From Chrysomallon squamiferum (Eukaryota; Animalia; Mollusca): a DNA stretch of 64,000 bases. A program made the position numbers and the translations under genes. Positions within the stretch are counted from its first letter, which is position 1, and every line of letters starts with the position of its first letter. Below, piece after piece: positions 14,528 to 35,297 of this stretch. The stretch covers positions 5,580,001 to 5,644,000 of the forward strand of contig CM022676.1 of NCBI GenBank assembly GCA_012295275.1, read 5' to 3'. The notes under the pieces were generated by a model. That model was not told the origin of the DNA. It saw nothing but the letters and a program-made list of their open reading frames with translations, and ran no database searches.

Positions 14528-14559
14528 TTAAATTGTTGTTTAATCAATAAGTGAATATT

Positions 14560-14910
14560 TCCAGAAAATTTAATAAGTTAAAAGGGATCAAAGACTTTAC
14601 TATACTGTTGTTGTTTTTTTCGGTTTTTTTCCCCCATAAATTCAATAAACTAAAAGGGATCATACTCTTTACAGTTGTCTTACCACAATGGTTTCACACA
14701 TAGTTAATTTAAAAAAGGAAAAATTAACTGTAGATTAATAAATAAAACCATTCAGAAAATTTAATAAACAAAACGGGATCACAGTCTTCATCATTATTTT
14801 TTTATTATTAATAAATTTTTTTTTTTTTTTTTAACTTTATTTTTTACAAACATTTTAATCAGTAAATTAACTAAATTTTTAGGAAATTTAATAAAACCAA
14901 AAGGGATCGT
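14560..14910 (+). repeat. Degenerate dispersed repeat (aatttaataa..aaagggatca) x4
   Basis: The motif recurs near 14563, 14640, 14755 and 14883, separated by AT-rich spacers. Confidence 0.5.
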
Positions 14911-16231
14911 ACTCTCTCAAATGCTCCAGAAGTGTATGTCTCAAAACACTAATGTTGTTTAAAATTTCTCCCTAAAACAAAAAAATAAAAAAATAAAAAA
15001 AAATAAAAAAGATCACTTAACGAGCAATTTTTTTTATTTATCGAAAGAAAAATACCAGTGTTATTTGTATTATGACTATTATTGTTGTTGTTGTTGTTAT
15101 TATTATTATTATTATTATTTTTTTATAATTACATTACAAGTGGATATTAGAAGATAAAATATAATAATTGTATTTTTTTTTTTTTTTTAGAGAAAAACAA
15201 CAACACACACAGGACTCCCCTAAAAAAAAAAAAAAAAACGCAACAAAACAACACTTTGTCATCAATCATTTCCAGTCAGTTTATAAAAAAATTATAATAT
15301 CTAAGCTTTAAAAAAAAAATCCCCATAAAACAAACACCCCTCTACCACAAAAAGCAGATTTTCCCAGCAACCATTTCGAGTCAGTTTATTAAAACTAATA
15401 TCTAAACAACATGCCATGAGTCATACGTAAAAAAAAAAAAAAAAAAAAACCATCTCATCTGAAGATATCAGAGCGCTGCCAGGCTTTAAATAATCGTCTG
15501 CACAAACTCCGAGGTTTATTAGCGATTTCCCTGCTTACTGTTTTATGACTTTGCCTCCGTCGATTTCGGATTAATTCCTAAGTTGCATTTGCGACGTAAT
15601 ATAAATTGGGAACTGGTACACAGAACGGTCCCTTAGCTGTCGTTTGCTGTTAAATGTAAATGCAATTTTCAAATGGTAAAGAGTTTTATGATGCTGTTGG
15701 TTAATTATAATTTGTAGGATATAGATTCTTTTATTTTTATTTTTTAAATTTTTTTTTTCATTCGTTGTTTGATATTTTATTATATAAATATCGTGGTCAG
15801 CTGATAACGAGCACTGTATGAAGCTGTTGTTAATTATATTTCGAAGCATTCAAGTTCCGTTTAAATGTGACCTTTGTTGTAAAACGTAATATTCAGGTTG
15901 GAAAGAGCATTATGATGTTATTGCTGTTTTATTTTCAGTTATAATCTTAAGAATACAAATCTACAAGTTCAATTTAAATTTGCCATCGCCTTATGGAATA
16001 GGCAATATTCAACTTGAAAGTAACATTTCGGTTTATTGGTATAATGTTCTTTTTTGTTATAATTTGAAGCATATAAATTTTTAAAAATAAATTTTTATTA
16101 TTTGACAGTCTATATTTAGCTGGGAAAGAATATTCTGTTTGATTTGTATGATGTTATTGTGAACGGGGAATAATAATGCTCTTTTTAAATGTATCCCTTT
16201 TCTGTATGTTATATGGCTTAACAAGAAAATG

Positions 16232-16287
<56 letters not shown>

Positions 16288-16478
16288 CTGTATACACTGT
16301 ATATAAATTCGTGTGAATGATTACATATGATTCTGTGTATATGATAAACGATCTATCAATACTTTACTTATGTTAGCTATGATTAAAACGTAGTAATTAA
16401 TAAATTCTTTTTTCAAATAATTACATCTCATTTTCTAAACCTACGTTAACTTCATTTATACATCATCACTGTCGATTT

Positions 16479-16535
<57 letters not shown>

Positions 16536-17073
16536 CACCATCTTGCATTTTGCGTTAGAAATTTTACGAACCATTAGATCCGCGAGTCCAAATCACAATG
16601 GAGTTATGTCCCTTTATTACTTCTCGGAAAGTCCAATAGAAATGTCCACTCTATTTTTTTATGCAAATATCGGTAAGATCGCAGTTACAATTCTATCAGT
16701 CGCCACATGTTTTCACTTTTTAATTGATAGCAAGTAGATCCATTCACAACGCTGGCCTACATATCGATGCGAAAAAGAATGGAACGTAATGTAATTTTCG
16801 TCCGTTTTCAAGCGAGTTAATTTAGCGTACATTTTTCCTGCCTGAATGCAAAAGTGTGTTTGTGTCAACGGGTACATGTTTGTTAATGGAATCAGCTTTT
16901 GCACGGGTGTTACAAACGAATTGAAATACGTAACATCTTTTGACGTCTTTGGTGTTAAACCATGCGGACTTTGTTTTGTGTGCTCAATGTCGATTTGCAT
17001 AACGTCCGACATAACGAAATATCAGACTTCCGGTTTAAAGTACATTTCAGTATGGATTTTTCTCTCTCTCTCT

Positions 17074-17109
<36 letters not shown>

Positions 17110-17196
17110 CGTCTTAATGCTTTTTTCTGTCTCATATTTGGAATAATTTCTGCATTTTTATTTTATTTAAACTTTCTTTTTTTTTCTTTTCTTTTC

Positions 17197-17263
<67 letters not shown>

Positions 17264-17524
17264 TGGTGGAAAGAAAGATACCAGATACACACACACACAC
17301 ACACAACACACACACAGAGTTATTTTTAATGTTTCATTTTATTAAACATTCACTCAAACATTTTTTTTCTTTTTCGTTTATCTTTTTCCATTCTTTTTCC
17401 TTTTCTTTTGAGTGTGTCGTATATTATTTAATTCTTTATTAATTTTTCTGTCCTTTTTATTTTTTTACGATTATTTCATTATTATTGCTATTATTTTAAT
17501 TGTTTTTTAGTCCCTACCTTTTAG

Positions 17525-17575
<51 letters not shown>

Positions 17576-17767
17576 TAAAATAACTCATAATTATAATAAT
17601 TAACTGAACAAGAAAAACAAGTTATAATTAACTTATTTAGAATATATCAAGTTATTTAAAACATCAAAAAACATGTAGCAAGACAAATATTTTATTTATC
17701 TATCTTTCTTTCTTTCTGTCTGTCTGTCTATCTATCTTGTTTTATTTCATTTCATTTCACTTATTTT

Positions 17768-17839
<72 letters not shown>

Positions 17840-18851
17840 CGCTCTCATTTCAAGAAAGTTCTAAGAGCAAATAAAAAATAAAAATAAAAATAAAAAAAAT
17901 AATAATAATAATAAAAAAACGCCCACGGATGGATGAATTTTTCATCAGACAAACGATAGAATAAAAATGCTAATTGCGTGTCACGTGCGCACCTAAATGC
18001 CGTTTTGCTAGAACATCTTGCAAAAATGAAAATTGATTAAAAAAAAGCAGAAGTTTCGATTTGCAGCCACTGGTCGTTAATCATGCGGAAAGCGCGCCAG
18101 GTTGCACTCGCGCGCATGGTTTCGTGAAACATGCAAGGAAGCGGTATTTGCGTCGATAATGTTGGCGGGAAAATGATTTTTGGTCGTCTGAGCCTTCATG
18201 TGCGCCATGTGGGTGTCTGCACGAGAACGTGATCGTTATCAATGTGTATATTTTCTTCTTTTCTCTTTTCTTTTTTCTTTTTTTCTTTCTTTCTTCTTTC
18301 TTTCCTTCTTTCTTTTCTTCCTTCTTTTTTTTTCTTTCTTTCTTTTTTTCTTTTTTCTTTCTTTCTTTTTTTTTTCTTTCTTTCTTTCTTCTTCTTTTTT
18401 CTTTTTTTTCTTTCTTTTTTTTTTCTTTCTTCTTTCTTTCTTTCTTTTTTTTTTTTCTTTTCTTTCTTTCTTTTTTTCGTTTTTCTTCTTTCTTTTCTTT
18501 CTTTCTTACATACATTTTTTTAATTGTTTTTTTTAATTATTTTTTATTTTATTGCGTGTGTATATGTATCATATCGTCTAGTATGTATGTATGTATATGT
18601 TAATATGTGCACGTATGCGTCTGTTAGTGTATATATACGTATGTATGTATGTATATGTATGTATATATATATGTATGTATGTATATATTTATGTATGTAT
18701 GTGTGTGTATATTTGTGTCTATATATAGTACACTCAAACTGAAACGTGCCAATAATTGCATGTAATAACTGAAATATTCGGTTACATCACTTTATGCTTG
18801 TGGCATCCAGTCATTTCATGCAATGCCTTAAATTTTATTTCATGAAAATGT

Positions 18852-19350
18852 CTGATGTAGTCACTTGTCTAATCTAGTGACTTGTCTAATGTAGTGACTT
18901 GTCTAATTCAGAGATTTCTCTGATGTAGTGAATTGTCTAATGTAGTTACTTGTCTAATGTAGTTACTTGTCTGACGTAGTTACTTGTCTAATATAGTTAC
19001 TTGTCTAACGTAGTTACTTGTCTAATGTAATTACTTGTCTGACGTAGTTACTTGTCTGTGTAGCTACTTGTCTGACGTAGTTACTTGTCTGATGTAGTTA
19101 CTTGTCTGACGTAGTTACTTGTCTGACGTAGTTACTTGTCTGACGTAGTTACTTGTCTAACGTAGTTACTTGTCTAACGTATAGTTGACGTTTACTTGTC
19201 TGATAGTTAGTCTGACGTAGTTACTTGTCTGTGTAGTTACTTGTCTGACGTAGTTACTTGTCTAATGTAGTTACTTGTCTGTGTAGTCACTTGTCTAATA
19301 TAGTCACCTGTCTGATTCAGTCACTTATCTGATGTAGCTACTGTTCTGAT
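18852..19350 (+). repeat. 17-bp minisatellite (CGTAGTTACTTGTCTGA-like), roughly 28-30 degenerate copies
   Basis: Directly visible tandem array. Confidence 0.9.
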
Positions 19351-19522
19351 GTTTGTGTGTTAAAATCAGTTATGTTATACAAATCACTATAAGTAGCAGA
19401 AGAAGAAGAAGATGAAGAAGAAAAAAAAACAACATATCATGAAATTAGTTTCACATCGTTTAATAACAACAGCAGCAACAGTACAATTATTAGTAGTATA
19501 ACAACGGTGAGTACTATTAATG

Positions 19523-19555
<33 letters not shown>

Positions 19556-20389
19556 GGAGAATGATGAGGACGATGATGATGACGATGATGATGATGATAT
19601 CAACAGCATAAGGAATAGCTGAGGTGTTAAAAGTACTAACATCACTACTGATGACAGTAGTATGTAAAATGTAGTTGCTGAAACACAAATAATAATCGAT
19701 GTTGTCGTCGTTGTAGCGAAAGTAGTAGAAGCAATATTAGCAGAAGTAAAAACAGACTACAAGCACAGGCTATAGTAATAGCAAAAGAAGAAAAAGTAGA
19801 AGTAGTCTATCGGTAATAACAATAGTAGTAGCATCATCATTCACAGTACAGCACTTCTAGTAATATAAGTAGTAGTAGACGTAGTAGTAGTAGTTGTTAA
19901 TGAAGTGGTTGTTGTAGTGCAAATAGAAGTAGCAATGACGACAGGGTTGATATGTCAGTATGTATGTTAAGTGACTCGAAACTTTCAAATGTCAAATAAT
20001 ACTAGCTTCCAAAACCAAGGTTTAATTTCAAGGCAGATATTTCCTGGTAAATCTGTACTTTGACATCATAAGCAAGCTTTTGGAAGGAAGGAAGAAAAAA
20101 AAAGAAGATTGAAATGAAAATAATAATAATAATGATGATGATGATGATGATGATGATGAAAGAAAGAAAAAAAAAAAAGAATTATGATTTATTAGTAACA
20201 ATAAATAAATGCATGTACGTAATTATTTGGTGGTGGTGGGAATTAATTATATAGATAAAATTAAATAGAAACAATAAAGAAATAAACGTTGGTAAGCTTT
20301 ATTTTTGAAACGGATTGAAATAAAATAAGTGAGTTTATAAATAAAAATGTATGTATGCATGTATGTAAATAAATAAATAAAATTCTTAC

Positions 20390-25160
<4,771 letters not shown>

Positions 25161-25175
25161 CTGGAAAATAAATAA

Positions 25176-25211
<36 letters not shown>

Positions 25212-25399
25212 AGGAATAATCATCACCAGAATAAAACCAGCCTCGAAGGAAAAATCATAGATCGTGTTTATTAATTTCAGTTATCTAAATGTCACCTTGC
25301 CGCCATCTTGGAACAATATAAATAAGGAAAATAAGTTTATATTCGATGAATACAGAAAATATTAGGATGTTTTTTCTTCTTTCTTTCTTTCTTTCTTTT

Positions 25400-25430
<31 letters not shown>

Positions 25431-26612
25431 AAATCTTATTAGGCTTGGCTGAAATATACGTCAAATAAGAAATATAAATATATATCTTTTTAAATATAGC
25501 GAACTCTTACTGGGATGTTTTCACTCTGTAGGGGCCTTTACATATTCAAGTATTTTGCTAAAATTCATTTTTTTTTTTACCAGCATTAATTAGTGTTAAT
25601 TTGCCTTATGCCTTCATTATACAGATCTAACATTCCATTAGAATCAAAGCAATGCGCACGAACGTATCTGAAAACAGAGTTTTGATAGGTACAGAAGCAT
25701 CATACCACGTATTCGTTGCATCATAAATACTCGGTCAGTCGATAAAATAAACGAAACATCGACTGTGGCAGCGTTGTTTTCCTTTGCATCGTTTGCTGAG
25801 AACTCCACGCGCATTTTGGCATCGAAAAATAACTGACTGCTACCGTAAATATTTGTATGAAATTTGGCATATTATGAGTAGGGGTACGTGGAAAAAAAAA
25901 AAAAAATAAATATATAAATAAATAGTAAATAAATAAAAAAAAATCAAATTATCACATAAATCTCGCGAGACTGTAATGGCTTTTTTGCACATACCTGACA
26001 TTTGCGATAAAGATTTTGTTTTGATTTTTTTTTTTTTTTTTTTTTGATCAAATAAGGAACAGTAACTTTTACAGTAACTGACCAAACGTGAACATTCTGG
26101 CACCATTTTAAAGGTGTTTATATATATATATATATATTTTTTTTTTTTTGAGCTTTTTCGAAACTTGTCATTTTTTTTTTTTGACGCTCCTAGTGTATAT
26201 TAGCTCAATATGTTTTTTTTTCTCCCCTCGTATCTCTTCGAACGTTATATAATAATTTGAACGATTTCCCCTTACCTACAAAGTTACTATAAAAAACGCG
26301 TTAAAATGGTCAGCAAACGTTTTCTCACCTTCATACGTAATTAAGCGTTTTAACCAGCTATTCTCTTCAAATGAAAATATTTAGATTTTAAAGTTCAGCA
26401 TAAATATAATTCTGGAATCAGAACAAATATATTAATGAGCTAGTGTCGTCATATCTTTCGCTGACGTCAAAGAACGAAAAGGAGAAAGATGACGTATTTA
26501 TTTGAACAGTTCATAATAAAATGAATAGACTTGTAATAACATTGTTTGTTTTTTTCTTCTTCTTCATCTTCTTTTTCTTCTTCTTGTTCTTCTAGTTCTT
26601 CTTCTTCTTCTT

Positions 26613-26643
<31 letters not shown>

Positions 26644-27292
26644 TTATTATTAGTAGTAGTAGTAGTAGTATTGTCTATTTTCAACGTTTTCATTTATTTA
26701 TTTATTTTTAAATAAAATTGATATCGTGGAATGTTACATCCACCGTGGGGGGAATAACATCCTGTTTCCCCCACCCCCTTTATAATCATGGATCGGCTCC
26801 TGTTTTTGGTCATTTTGACAACCAGTTATAACGAGTACAGCGGTAATAATTACTAATGTCCCTTATCTTTTCAGTATTTCATTTTCGAACGAAGGCAGAT
26901 TGCGTTTCGCTTCATTTATTCAATCCTACTTTTAGCTTGATCGGATATAATCTAGGACAATTGTCTACGAAATCACTTGTTCATTAGGTGCGCATTCATT
27001 CTGTACGAGAAACAGCGCTTTTAAAACGAGTGATGAATACGGAGAAAATGTGTGTGTCTCTCTCTCTCTCTCTCTCTTCAAGAAAATAGCTTAAGTAGAA
27101 AAACGACAGAAATTATTGTTTGTTTGAAGAGACGGTTGTTCGAGTTGCCCAATAATGATGCAGTTCTGCGTGTATTTTCGCTTGTGACATAAACAAAAAT
27201 TCTCATTGGCACCTTTTGTGAAAAAAACGTATTTCGAAGAATAGTTTCTGGTGCCATGTTAAATGTAGGATTTTAAAAATAATTCGAAAAAG

Positions 27293-27333
<41 letters not shown>

Positions 27334-27509
27334 GTAGTAGTAATAGTAGTAGTTGTTGTAGTAACAGTAATTATAAAATAGTAGTAGTAGTTGTAGTAGT
27401 AGTAGGAATAATAATAATAATAATAATAATAGTAATAGTAGTAGTAATGGTAGTAGTTGTTGTAGTAACAGTAATTATAAAATAGTAGTAGTTGTTGTAG
27501 TAGTAGTAG

Positions 27510-27550
<41 letters not shown>

Positions 27551-28594
27551 TGTAAATCATCTAAGTAAACGTTATATTTAAAGATACACTATTTTCACTA
27601 CTGTTTGAATAATAAGAGCTGTATCTACAACATCAACAACATCATCATCAACAACAACACTGATGGAGGTGTGTTTGTGTTACTCGTTATTTTTTCCCTT
27701 TGTTGTTTGTTGCATTCTTTCTTTCTTTACTTTTCTTCTTCATCTTCTTTTTTCTTGTAAATTATTGTTGTTGTTTTTATTATCATCATCATCATTATCG
27801 TTATAATTATTAATATCTTTGTTTTTTTTGCTTTTGTGTTGGTGCTGGTTGCTGTCACAGTCAACATGTCGACGTTGTCATCGTTGTTTGTTGTAGTTAC
27901 TAGTACCAGTATGACAACGTTTCACTTACTCAGTAAGTTTTCGTGTCGCAAAACACAGCATCTTATAACTCTTACACATTTCATGGTATATAACATTCCC
28001 GTCATGCATTGCGGATTAATTAATAAGCAGAGGTTAATGAGGTTATAATCTTGGCTGGAATTATTTACTAATAATATCTAGCCAGGGATTATAAAACCTC
28101 TTTACAGATCGAGGCAAACATTAATCACGAAACGAATGCTTAGACTTTCAATTAGGGTCAATTTCCTGATCTTCATTTGTTCGAGATTTTGGCTGACGTG
28201 AATACAAGTATGAGAAGCAGTTGGTCACGTGATCAATCCGTTTAAGGGATTTTATTAGTGCAGTTTTGTCGTCGTCGTCGTAGTTGTTATAATAATGATA
28301 ATGATGATGATGATATTAATAACGATTATTATTATTATTATCATCACTGTTATTATTATATTCATTATTATTATCAATATTAACTATTGTTGTAATTATT
28401 ACTGTTGCTGTTGTTATCACCTATTATAATTATTATGTTTGTTTTATCCCTATTATTACTGTTATCACTTTGATATTACAAAATCATCTACATGAATCGA
28501 AAGATGTTCAGAACTTCTGTGTAATAATAAATGTTTGAGAGGGAGAGAGAGAAAGAGAGAAAGAAAGAAAGAAAGAGAAAAAGAGACTGAAAGC

Positions 28595-28667
<73 letters not shown>

Positions 28668-29289
28668 TGAATGAAACAGAGAGAAAGAGAAAACGACATA
28701 GAGAGACAGAAAGAGAGAGAGAGAGAGAAAGAAACAGTCAGGCAGACAGACAAAGAAAGGAGAGAGAAAAAATCATTTGATTGAATTTATTCTGCGACAA
28801 ACGCCAAGTTCGAAGGTACAAACGATCTTGTTTTTGCGTTTTGATAAGAAATACTTGTTAACACACACCCTTTTCCATACAGAAACCACTAACAATTAAC
28901 CTAAACTCGGTCTCCAATCCAATAGCAATTCATAGTCTGATTTAGCGAGTCCAGCACGACTTCGGCCCTGAAACGGGGCCACGTAAATGTCCGACATTTC
29001 GCGTGGGCCCGTGACCCGAACGACTTTATTGCCTGGAAAGAGCGGAATAGACGTTAACTCTTTTATCGAGAAGTCTCGTTTGTATTGACTTTCTTCCGGT
29101 TCGTCTGACCCGTGTTCTGTGTGGAATTTCCACCTTTGTGCCTTGTAATCAAATTGTGTTCAATTAACGGTGATGATTTACGGCCGCCGCGTTGGTTTCT
29201 GAGCTTAAAACGTATCAATCAGATCATTACAGCGAACTTCACGTGACGACCCAAGTTTTCAGCGGTCCAAGTTCACTTCATAAAATCCC

Positions 29290-29860
29290 ACAGTTGACGT
29301 TTTTATATGTTGATCGCAGTCACCTATTCCACTTGTTTATTTTTTTATTTTATTTTATTTTATTTTATTTTATTTTATTTTATTTTATTTTATTTATTAT
29401 TTTTGTTTGTTTTTCTGTTCATTTGGTTGTTTGATTCTTTATGTCTTGACCAACTTCAGTTGACGTTTTTATATGGTGTTTATTTATTTATTATTTTATT
29501 TTATTTTATTTTATTTTATTTTATTTTATTTTATTTTTTTTTTATTATTTTTGCTTGTTTGTTTTTCTGTTGGTTGATTGTTTGCTTCTTTATATCTTAA
29601 CTAACTTCAGTTGACGTTTTTATATGGTGTTTATTTATTTATTATTTTATTTTATTTTATTTTTTTTTTATTATTTTTTTTGTTTGTTTTTTGATTTTGT
29701 TTATTTTTATGTTGATTGGTTGACGTTTTTATTGTTTTATTTATTTATTATTTTAATTTTATTTTTTATTTTTTTTTTTTTGCTTGTTTGTTTTTCTATT
29801 GATTGAATTTTTTGCTTCTTTATATCTTAACTAACTTCAGTTGACGTTTTTATATAGTGT

Positions 29861-29899
<39 letters not shown>

Positions 29900-29960
29900 T
29901 TATTTTTGTTTGTTTGTTTTTCTGTTGGTTGGTTGTTTGCTTGTTTATATCTTAACTTTC
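29290..29960 (+). repeat. Compound repeat: cagttgacgtttttatat unit alternating with (TTTTA)n, about 4-5 copies
   Basis: The unit recurs near 29291, 29457, 29608, 29720 and 29838. Confidence 0.7.
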
Positions 29961-30543
29961 ATTTCTATTTTACTTAAATTTATTTATTTACATACTTTTT
30001 TTTATTTACTTCTGTCTGTCTATGTTTACTTCTTAACTATTTTATGACATATTTTTTCTTCAATGTCACATACATACATTTAATATGTCATGAAAAAAAA
30101 AAAAAAAAAAACATTCTTAACATTAGCGGTATACATACATCTGCTGCTCTACCACATCTTAAAGTGTACAATAAACAGATGTAGTTGTAGTGTAGTAGAT
30201 ATTACATCATTCATTGATTATCGTACAGTTTAGGTAGCTATTCTATTCAACGTGATATTTAATAACCATGAAAATCACTCAATTATACAGACACATGTTC
30301 GACTCATGGCGACCTCAGCACAGCGTCACCTGCAGATACCAGCATGCCACCGGACGCCATTTTGTAGCCTCGAGATCATTTTTTTTATTTTTTATATCGA
30401 TCTATTTCTTAAGATAACGCCATAAAGAGAACCAGTCGAATAATGGCGGCGCTTTATTGCGTACGAGCATCACCGTGGAAAACAAATTGGCGTTAAGCAG
30501 TTTTTGCTTTTAGAAAAGAAAGAAAGAAAGAAAAAAAAAAAAA

Positions 30544-30588
<45 letters not shown>

Positions 30589-31160
30589 TTCAAAATATTG
30601 ATTCCTTTTTCATTTTAGGTGATGATTAAAAGAATTTAATAAAGACATTTTTTTTTTTTTTTTTTTCCAGCAGCAAATTACTCGTCTTAAACACATTTTC
30701 CATAGATATAGTCTCGATAGTTGAGAGATGATTTGGGAATTTATGGTCACTGGCGTGACACTTTGTATACGTTTTATGAACTCATTTTACGCTTCGTGTT
30801 TTTGCCAGGCGCAAAGGTGATTTCGTTTTTTTTTTTTTTTTTTTTGGGGAGGGGGGATTATTTTTTATTATTATTATCATTATTATTATTATTATAATTT
30901 TTTTTTTTTTTTTTTTTTTGCAGGAGAAAATCTGCTGTAATAATTCGACAGCAACCGATAACTGTTCTAGAGGGTAAGGGTTCTGTCCTTCGTGATCACC
31001 CTTTCTATTGTATATATATATATATAATTTAAATAATAATAACAACAACAACAACAACAATAATAATAAGAAGAATAACCCCAAGAAGAAGAAGATCAAC
31101 AGCAACAATAATAATAAAAATATGGTTCTAATCACGCCAATAAATCTGATAATAAATTTC

Positions 31161-31229
<69 letters not shown>

Positions 31230-33129
31230 GTAATAGTAATAATAATAATGGTAATAATAATAATAATCAAACTTAAAATATTGAAAATAATACGTATAAA
31301 GGCGGAATTAATAATACAAATAATTAATAATAATAATAATAGGAAGAAGAAGAAGAAGAAAAACAACAACAACAATAACAGTAAAATAATAGCGATAACA
31401 ATAATAACAACAACAATAATAATAATAACAACAACAATAATAATGTTGAAGATGATGATAATAATAATAATAATAATAATAAACAATAACGTACATAGTA
31501 ATAGTAGTAGTTGTAATAACAACAGTAACAACAACAATAATAACAGCAACAATAATAGCAAAAACCAAATAATAATAATAACAGCAATAACGTTATCAAT
31601 AATAATAGCAGTAGTAATAACAACAACAACAACAATAATAGTAAGCTTATTTATGACGATATTCATTTTGAAACGAGAATTAAGTCCACAGCAATGATAG
31701 CGAGATCTCTTTCAGAATTCCCGGATTGGCCCCTAGAAATAATTACTTGATTTTTTTTCTTATTATTATTATTATTTTTTTTTCCTTATTACCATGCGAC
31801 CGTCTTCTACACAGATCAGAGGTTAACTGGGAGGATCTTCAGAATCAGCCTTCTGACGCCAATATAAATTACACAGTCATGTTCAGCTACAGAGAACTTT
31901 GTATTGTGTGAATATATCCCGCAGTCAATGGCGGTTCGCATGCGTAAGAATTCGAGTTCAATCCTTCGTTATGATTATGGAATTTTTATTTATTTATTTA
32001 TTTTTTATTATTATTATTAATATTATTTTTTTTATTATTTATTTATTTTATTTATTTATTTATTTATTTATTTATTATTATTATTTATTTATTTAATTTA
32101 TTATTATTTATTTATTTTATTTATTTATTTATTATTTTATTTATTATTTATTTATTTAATATATTTATTATTTATTTATTTATTTTTATTTTTTTAATTT
32201 ATTTATTTTATTTTATTTATTTATTTTATTCATTCATTCATTCATTCATTCATTCATTCATTTATTTATTTATTTATTTTTATTTTTAATTTTTATTTTA
32301 ATTTTTGATTTTCAGTTCTTTGTTTTTGTTTTGTTATTATACATATTTTTTAATGTAAGATCACAGCATCATCTTCTTTATATCCTTCTCTCTATGTCTG
32401 TGATTTCTCTCTTGTTCAAAATATTTCTCTATGTTTCAGGTTCTTATATCTTTCTTCAAATCCTTGATCTGTCTGTCTATCTGTCTGTCTGTCTATCTGT
32501 CTGTTTGTGTGTCTGTCCTTTGTCTGTCTGTCTATCTATATGTCTCTGTGTCTGTCGTTTGTCTTACTATCTGTCTGTCTCTGGTCTGTCGTTTGGATGT
32601 CTGTCAATCTGTCTGTCTGTCTGTCTGTCTATTTCTCTGTGCAGGCATTTATATATGTATCCGTGTGTATGTACGTATCAGTGTATACAATTCATATATA
32701 TATATATATTTGTCTGTCTGACAGTCTGTCTATCCTCATATATAACACTGTGAGAAAATGTCAGTTAATAAATATTCTTCCCTCATCAACCTCTCTAGTA
32801 AAAGTCGTGAAAATCGTGGATACGAAACTGAAGCATAAACAAATATGTACACTGGCGAATGCCAGAATGTGGCGAAAATGACAGGTATCCGTCTATTACA
32901 TTACGTCATTTGAACGAGATCTCGGCCGCAGCGAGAAATTCTAAAAGCACCAATAGAATCACAATTGAATTAAGTCAATTCCGCCGTAATCACAAAATTC
33001 TTCTTGTCCATGTTTGATAAGAAAATTGGATTTCTTCGTCTTCTTAGTTTAATTTTCTCTCTCTTTTTTTTTTCTCTTCTCGCTTTCTACCTCTCTTTTA
33101 ATTCTTTCTTTCTTTCCTCGCTATTTATG

Positions 33130-33750
<621 letters not shown>

Positions 33751-34726
33751 TGATTTACAAATAGTTATTAACTATCATCTGCGGTTAATAAGCTACACGA
33801 AAAGAATACCAACATCAGATTGAACATCAGAGTAACAAACAGTGACGGACAAACAGACAAATGAAGATTCAAGCCGCGATAAACCCCATCGATAGATATC
33901 GCCGGCCGAATATCTTATCTTAACATCGACACAATTTAACGCGATCTTGGAGAAACGGGCGTAATTATTTCTGTACATCATTACGGTGCTGGTTAATCAA
34001 GAAAACTAACTGCGCCGAGAGACCGCCTGTCTGTGGAGAAGATGACGGCAATCGAGGATATTTATGGTACCTATTTGCTATTCACACTGATTCACGCTTG
34101 CCCGCGTTAACGATGATGTCCAGAAAACAAGCGCAATTCACAGAACAAAACAACGGTAACGAGTAATCTGGGTATCTGGCGAAGAGGAAAATGTGATCGA
34201 GAAGAGTCTTTTCAAATCCGCTACAGCTTATTAAGAATAATCACCAGAAGAAGAAGAAGAAGAAGAAGGGGAAAAAAAAAAAAAAAAAAAAAAAATGGCG
34301 ACTATTTACAAGAACCTTGTTGCCACGTTAATTTTCATCAAGTTCAAACTGTTGCTTCACTCTATTTTTTTTTTCAAAAGTTCGAAAGTGAGAAATGGCG
34401 TTGCGTTATTATTATTATTTTTTTTTCTCATTTTGAAGAGAGTGTGATTTGTGAGGGCGAAAAAAAAATCAGAGAGTTATTGTCGGACAAATCTGATACA
34501 AGTTTCTTGTCGTGCACGGTTAAGCTGAATTCATCAGTGAAGAGGTGGCTGACGTCGTCGTGCAAGTTTTCCGAGAAACAGTTTATCTGTAAATGGTAAT
34601 AAGCGATGTAGATTGGCCGGCGTCTGAAGGTGAAACCAGATTGGGATGGATTACCTCATAGACACACCGTAATACGCTAAAAGTAATGGGTTTAAGGGAA
34701 GCTCCTGTCTTTGTTATTTTTGTGGC

Positions 34727-34729
34727 GGG

Positions 34730-34769
<40 letters not shown>

Positions 34770-34882
34770 AGAGAGAGAGAGAGGGGGGAGAGAAAGAGAG
34801 AGAGAGAGGGAGGAGGGGTGAGAGAGAGAGGGAGAGAGAGATGGAGGGAGAGAGGGTGAGAGAGAGGGAGGGAGAGAGGGGT

Positions 34883-34913
<31 letters not shown>

Positions 34914-35027
34914 GGAAAGAGAGAGAGGGGTGTGTGTGTATATGTGTGAGAGAGAGAGGGGTGAGAGAGAGAGGGGGGTGAGAGAGAGAGAGGGGTGAGA
35001 GAGAGCGTATGTGTGTGTATGTGTGTC

Positions 35028-35059
<32 letters not shown>

Positions 35060-35080
35060 TGTGTGTGTGTGTGTGAGAGT

Positions 35081-35152
<72 letters not shown>
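34727..35152 (+). repeat. Purine-rich GA/GGGA/GT compound microsatellite
   Basis: Directly visible. Confidence 0.9.
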
Positions 35153-35154
<2 letters not shown>

Positions 35155-35249
35155 AAATATTAATAATGACAGAAGTAAATTAACATACATGTAAACCAAA
35201 CACTAATATTAGAGAATATATTTTACATAAAGTTATTTAGAATACAGCT

Positions 35250-35297
<48 letters not shown>

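Noticed and set aside
18852-19350. 17-bp array as a CRISPR or telomere-like repeat
   Set aside because: A simple degenerate minisatellite with no spacers; not TTAGGG-like.
19437-19677. Candidate terminal exon of gene B with a hydrophobic stretch
   Set aside because: The acceptor is plausible, but the hydrophobic run is translated (ATC)n/(TTA)n microsatellite, so it is not supportable without transcripts.
26275-26334. Candidate signal-peptide first exon of gene B (MKVRKRLLTILTRFL) next to a GTAAG donor
   Set aside because: An in-frame TAG precedes the donor and no consistent phase could be established.
30529-30585. Adjacent poly-A and poly-T runs as a hairpin or terminator
   Set aside because: Homopolymers are abundant throughout the window and there is no supporting context.
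30782-31697. Long ORFs (294 aa and 229 aa) rich in I/L/N
   Set aside because: Translations of (AAT)n/(AAC)n microsatellites. The same applies to the many SLSL, RERE, YIHT, CVCV and poly-F ORFs in the track.
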